Source: Heterodontus francisci
Taxonomy: Eukaryota
Direction of reading: 5' to 3'
DNA length: 64,000 bases
NCBI RefSeq assembly: GCF_036365525.1
Contig: NC_090373.1
Span: 103,105,692 to 103,169,691 of the forward strand
Positions 60,685 to 64,000 of this stretch are shown here, in pieces (within the stretch, counting starts at the first letter, position 1; every line of letters starts with the position of its first letter). The notes under the pieces are model-generated. The model did no database searches, was not told where the DNA came from, and was given only the letters and a program-made list of their open reading frames with translations. The position numbers and the translations under genes are program-made.

Positions 60685-61139
60685 CTTGCAAAATGAGCTA
60701 TTTACATGGAAATGATGGCTAAACCTTTTAAAAACTGCCTGCTCACACAGTGTTGTGGTGCAGAATGTTGCAGTATTGAAGTACAGTACTACTTCAGTGT
60801 TTCGATGCAGGTTCCATTTTCCGACTTTGCTCAGTTCCCAATCTTAAATGTATTGCAATGGATAGCTGCTGACCAGTTGTCAGGCACATACACTAAGAGA
60901 GAACATCAGTGACGGAACCATTTCTAGGTTGGTATGACACAGATCCTAGTTGCCAGTTGACAACAGTATTGGCAGAGACCTGGTGGGAGATTGCCCACCC
61001 GCTTTCAGCTACAGTTAGTGCATGGTCTTGGAAAACATAGGTAAGCAGGCTGAAGAAGTAATTTGCACCATCGACCCCATTCCATTGCAAACCACATTTA
61101 GTCAACCCTATCACGGACGCCAGCCAATAATTTATTGAC
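60685..61139 (-). pseudogene. Candidate coding exon (terminal, or decayed internal)
   Basis: Acceptor ctgaactttcctttag|G; 81 open codons SINYWLASVIGLTKCGLQWNG...SVTDVLS*; after a one-base shift the reading continues ...IETLK*YCTSILQH...FLKGLAIISM*IAHFA to donor AAG|GTAGAT. Confidence 0.45.
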
Positions 61140-62499
61140 CTAAAGGAAAGTTCAGATGAAAGCTCACTTATCCTCAATGATAATCAAGCTCGGTTGGTGC
61201 TTTTGAAACTCATTCTTTTGACTGACCATAGTGGAAACCAAGGGAAGTTACAGGAATACAGTAGTTTTTTTTGGAAAGGGAGAAACAATAGTCACAACAA
61301 AATAAAAATAGTTTGATGCATCAATTTCACAGAATGCACACAGACATATGCATTACATATATACATATATGGACACATGCACACTAAAATTCTTCAATGA
61401 AACAGTATTCTGCAACACAGCTCAATAATATTTCAGGAATTGCCAATATGTCCAAATGAAATACAGTGTTTTTCTCCCTGCATTTATCAGTCATCGTTGG
61501 GGAGTTATGATGAGAGATCCAGTTGTTTGGATGATGTGCACCACTTAGAATGTGGATGGAAAGCAGCTTCTCACTGCTCTGAGGAGAATGGGAGCAAAGG
61601 CTAGTCCATAAATTTTTAATTAATAGTTGATAAAAGCAGTCAGCAATATAATAATAAATCTGTGACTTTATAGTTCAGAAAAACAAGAACTTATATCTGA
61701 AGAGTCCAGCCTAATTATAATGAAATATTGTAGATTTTGCTATGTAAATAATTTAAACAAAATTGAAACATGGGTTCTAACAATCGCCTCACCTCATGTA
61801 TCGCAGGGGAGAGAAACAAAATATAGCATTTATGACAATAGAGGGAAAAATCTGATATTTCTTCAGGGTTAAGCATTCAGTTGGGGGAGAGGCAATAGGG
61901 AGGGAGGGGCATGAGTGTTGACAGGTAGTGGTGTATCATTTTAATATGGAAATGTGGAGCCGGAAGCAAAAATCTATAATGTACCTTTTGTGTGACAGCC
62001 ACCAGCAATCCCCTTAAAAGCCTGTTGGATTGGTTGTTGTGCAACTGATAAAACTGCATGGAGTAATTACTGGAAAACAAATTTCACAAAGTGGCCTGAA
62101 ACAAATGTCAGGTCCTCAAACTGCATAGGCAATGGGTTAACATCAGTTTCAGGAAGATGTCCTGGTTGACTACTAGGCACCGTAGCCATTATGGTGTGTG
62201 GCACACTACAAACTTGGTATAAGCATGCACACATCATCACCTGAAAGACAGATACTATGCAATCGAATTTCTAGGCCCTCCTGTCCAGACAGCAGCTGTA
62301 GAAATTCATAAATTAAGCCAGCCCTGATTTTTAAAAAAATTAACTTTGAAGTCATTTCTCAAGGGAAAAAAGGGGGTCTATCTCCCATGAACAGCCCAGG
62401 ATAAAACTATGGCTTTATTTCAATTATTAAATAAAAAGTTGCTGAAAGCACACAGAGAACCACAAGTCAATTAAGCTTCAGGCAGTTGATGTAAAAAAA

Positions 62500-62900
62500 G
62501 GAGGAAATGAAATGATCAGACAGTTCACCAAGATCTGGAAGAAGATATGGGAAACAGAAAAATGGTCACATGAATGCAGACAGCTGCTGCTTGTACCAAT
62601 ACCCAAGAAAGGAGTCAGAAAACTGTGGATAATAAGCTAGCAAGTTATTGAAAAAAGACAGTGAAAGTCATCAGAAATAGAAATATGTGTAAGATAACTG
62701 AAGACATTTCCAGTGCACAAGCTGACTTTGAGAAATGAGTGAGATTACCTGATCAGGTTATCAAACTGAGATTGGACTTGGAGAAAGCACAGGAATTCAA
62801 CTGCACATTTTGCTTCATGCTTGAGGTCTCAGTCACAGATGAACTTCTATGGAAGACAATGGAACAACACATAAGGTTCTGAAAAATATTTACAACAACA
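62500..62900 (+). mobile_element. RTE-clade LINE RT fragment (old)
   Basis: KIWETEKWSHECRQLLLVPIPKKG, QADF and DQVIKLRLDLEKAQEFN parallel the RTE/BovB motifs PIPKKG, QAGF and DQIANIRWIIEKAREF. Confidence 0.7.
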
Positions 62901-62949
62901 GACTGCAGCCACGAAAACACTCAAAGGACTTCAGGATAGGAAAACACAA

Positions 62950-63161
62950 ACTAACTAGGATGCATCCTGGAATATATACAAGATAGTTTTCTAGATCAGT
63001 ATGTTGAGCAACCAATTAGGGAACAGGCTGTTTTTGATCTAATAATGTGCAATGAAAAAGGGATAATTAATAACCTTGTAGTAAAGGGGCTTCATGGGAA
63101 GAGTGACCGTAATATCATAAAACTTTATATTGAGTTTGAAAGTGATTTAGTTAAATCTGAG
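62950..63161 (+). mobile_element. CR1 endonuclease fragment
   Basis: Reads DSFLDQYVEQPIREQAVFDLIMCNE...GKSD. Confidence 0.8.
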
Positions 63162-64000
63162 TGTTATGGTCAAGTGAAGAGGGGTTGAAAGGCTTCCCTC
63201 TTTTCCCTCTTCTTGTTAGACCTCAACAGCTTTAATTCTCTCTGAAAATGGATGTACTAGCCAATTCAGTAGGTGTTTGATAACTTGCTTGCTATGATCA
63301 TAACAAGAACCAATCGGGCAGGTTTTCTTGAGTTAACAAAGAAATAGATTAACTTTATTATACCTTAACTGAACTAAAAAAAGAATAAACCACGCACCAA
63401 CTTTCACTCACACACACACTCTGGAGGTTTGCACACATACAAATAGTTTACAGAGTGGGGAAAGGTAGATTAGTTGAGTTAGAGTCCATAAAAAAAGGTA
63501 TACAGTCTGTGGGCTTTGGTGTTTCAGCTGGCTTCTAGCTGAATTTGGTGGTCCTGAGGCTTTGAGTTTGAAGGGGTAGATGTCTGGTTCAATTGGTCTC
63601 TTAGAGATAGTTAGAGATAATGATGGAGATTACTTCCTCCAACTGGGTTTCTGATAGTAGCCGAAGTATGCAAAGGCGGTCAGTCAACAAGCAGGATTTG
63701 AAAACTTTCAAGCTGGATTGATGGGCTGAATGGCCTCCTTCTGTGCAGTAATTTTTCTATGGTTCTATGGAGAAAGAGAGAGAGAGAGAAATGAACCCCC
63801 TCTTAGGGTCTTCTCATGTCAGAGTCCAGTTGCTTCTCCTCTGCTGCAGAGAAAACACCAGCGTAAAACTACAGATGGGGAGGGGCTTGTCACAAGACAG
63901 TCACTCAGTGATTCAAACATAGCAGTTAGCAGTATTTCTTCTTCTTGCTGAGGGAGCAGTTCATTCCTTTAAACTTCCTGGGTCTTGGTTCTTGCTGGGA
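63162..64000 (-). mobile_element. Solo-LTR-like element running off the window, with a CR1 tail insert (~63712-63770)
   Basis: Starts TGTTATGGTC; aaccaatcgggcaggttttcttgagttaacaaagaa resembles 41189-41225. Confidence 0.7.

Noticed and set aside
60893-61080. Faint resemblance of ANYFFSLL...WQLG to the C-terminal apyrase region of ENTPD proteins
   Set aside because: Spacing differs and the conserved Cys is absent; too weak to call without a profile search.

Overview
Eukaryotic, repeat-dominated DNA, most likely from a shark or ray. The inference rests on HE1-type V-SINEs with CR1-derived tails, DeuSINEs and very abundant CR1 LINEs. No intact host gene, rRNA, tRNA gene or CRISPR array is visible, and most ORFs in the track are transposon fragments or their antisense shadows. 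Main contents: (1) many CR1 LINE copies, two of them young with long ORF2 frames (28636-31233 +, 42456-43848 -); (2) a second CR1-like LINE family ('LINE-B') with a partner tRNA-derived SINE ('SINE-B'); (3) a decayed Ty1/Copia element of GalEa type (25621-36548) with both LTRs, a tRNA-iMet PBS, a PPT and a 5-bp TSD, filled with nested insertions; (4) a PIF/Harbinger system made of a decayed DDE transposase, three intron-containing Myb/SANT ORF2 relics and five MITEs, three of which have AAT/ATT target duplications; (5) Penelope-like termini with minimal hammerhead ribozyme motifs; (6) solo LTRs plus L2 and RTE fragments; (7) several splice-bounded, stop-interrupted exon-like segments in unique DNA that suggest a decayed multi-exon gene. 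I could not support a wholly new biological system. The best leads are the candidate pseudogene, the GalEa Copia, the Harbinger/MITE set and the Penelope hammerheads. Family names come from motif recognition by eye, and boundaries are approximate unless a TSD or splice site is quoted.
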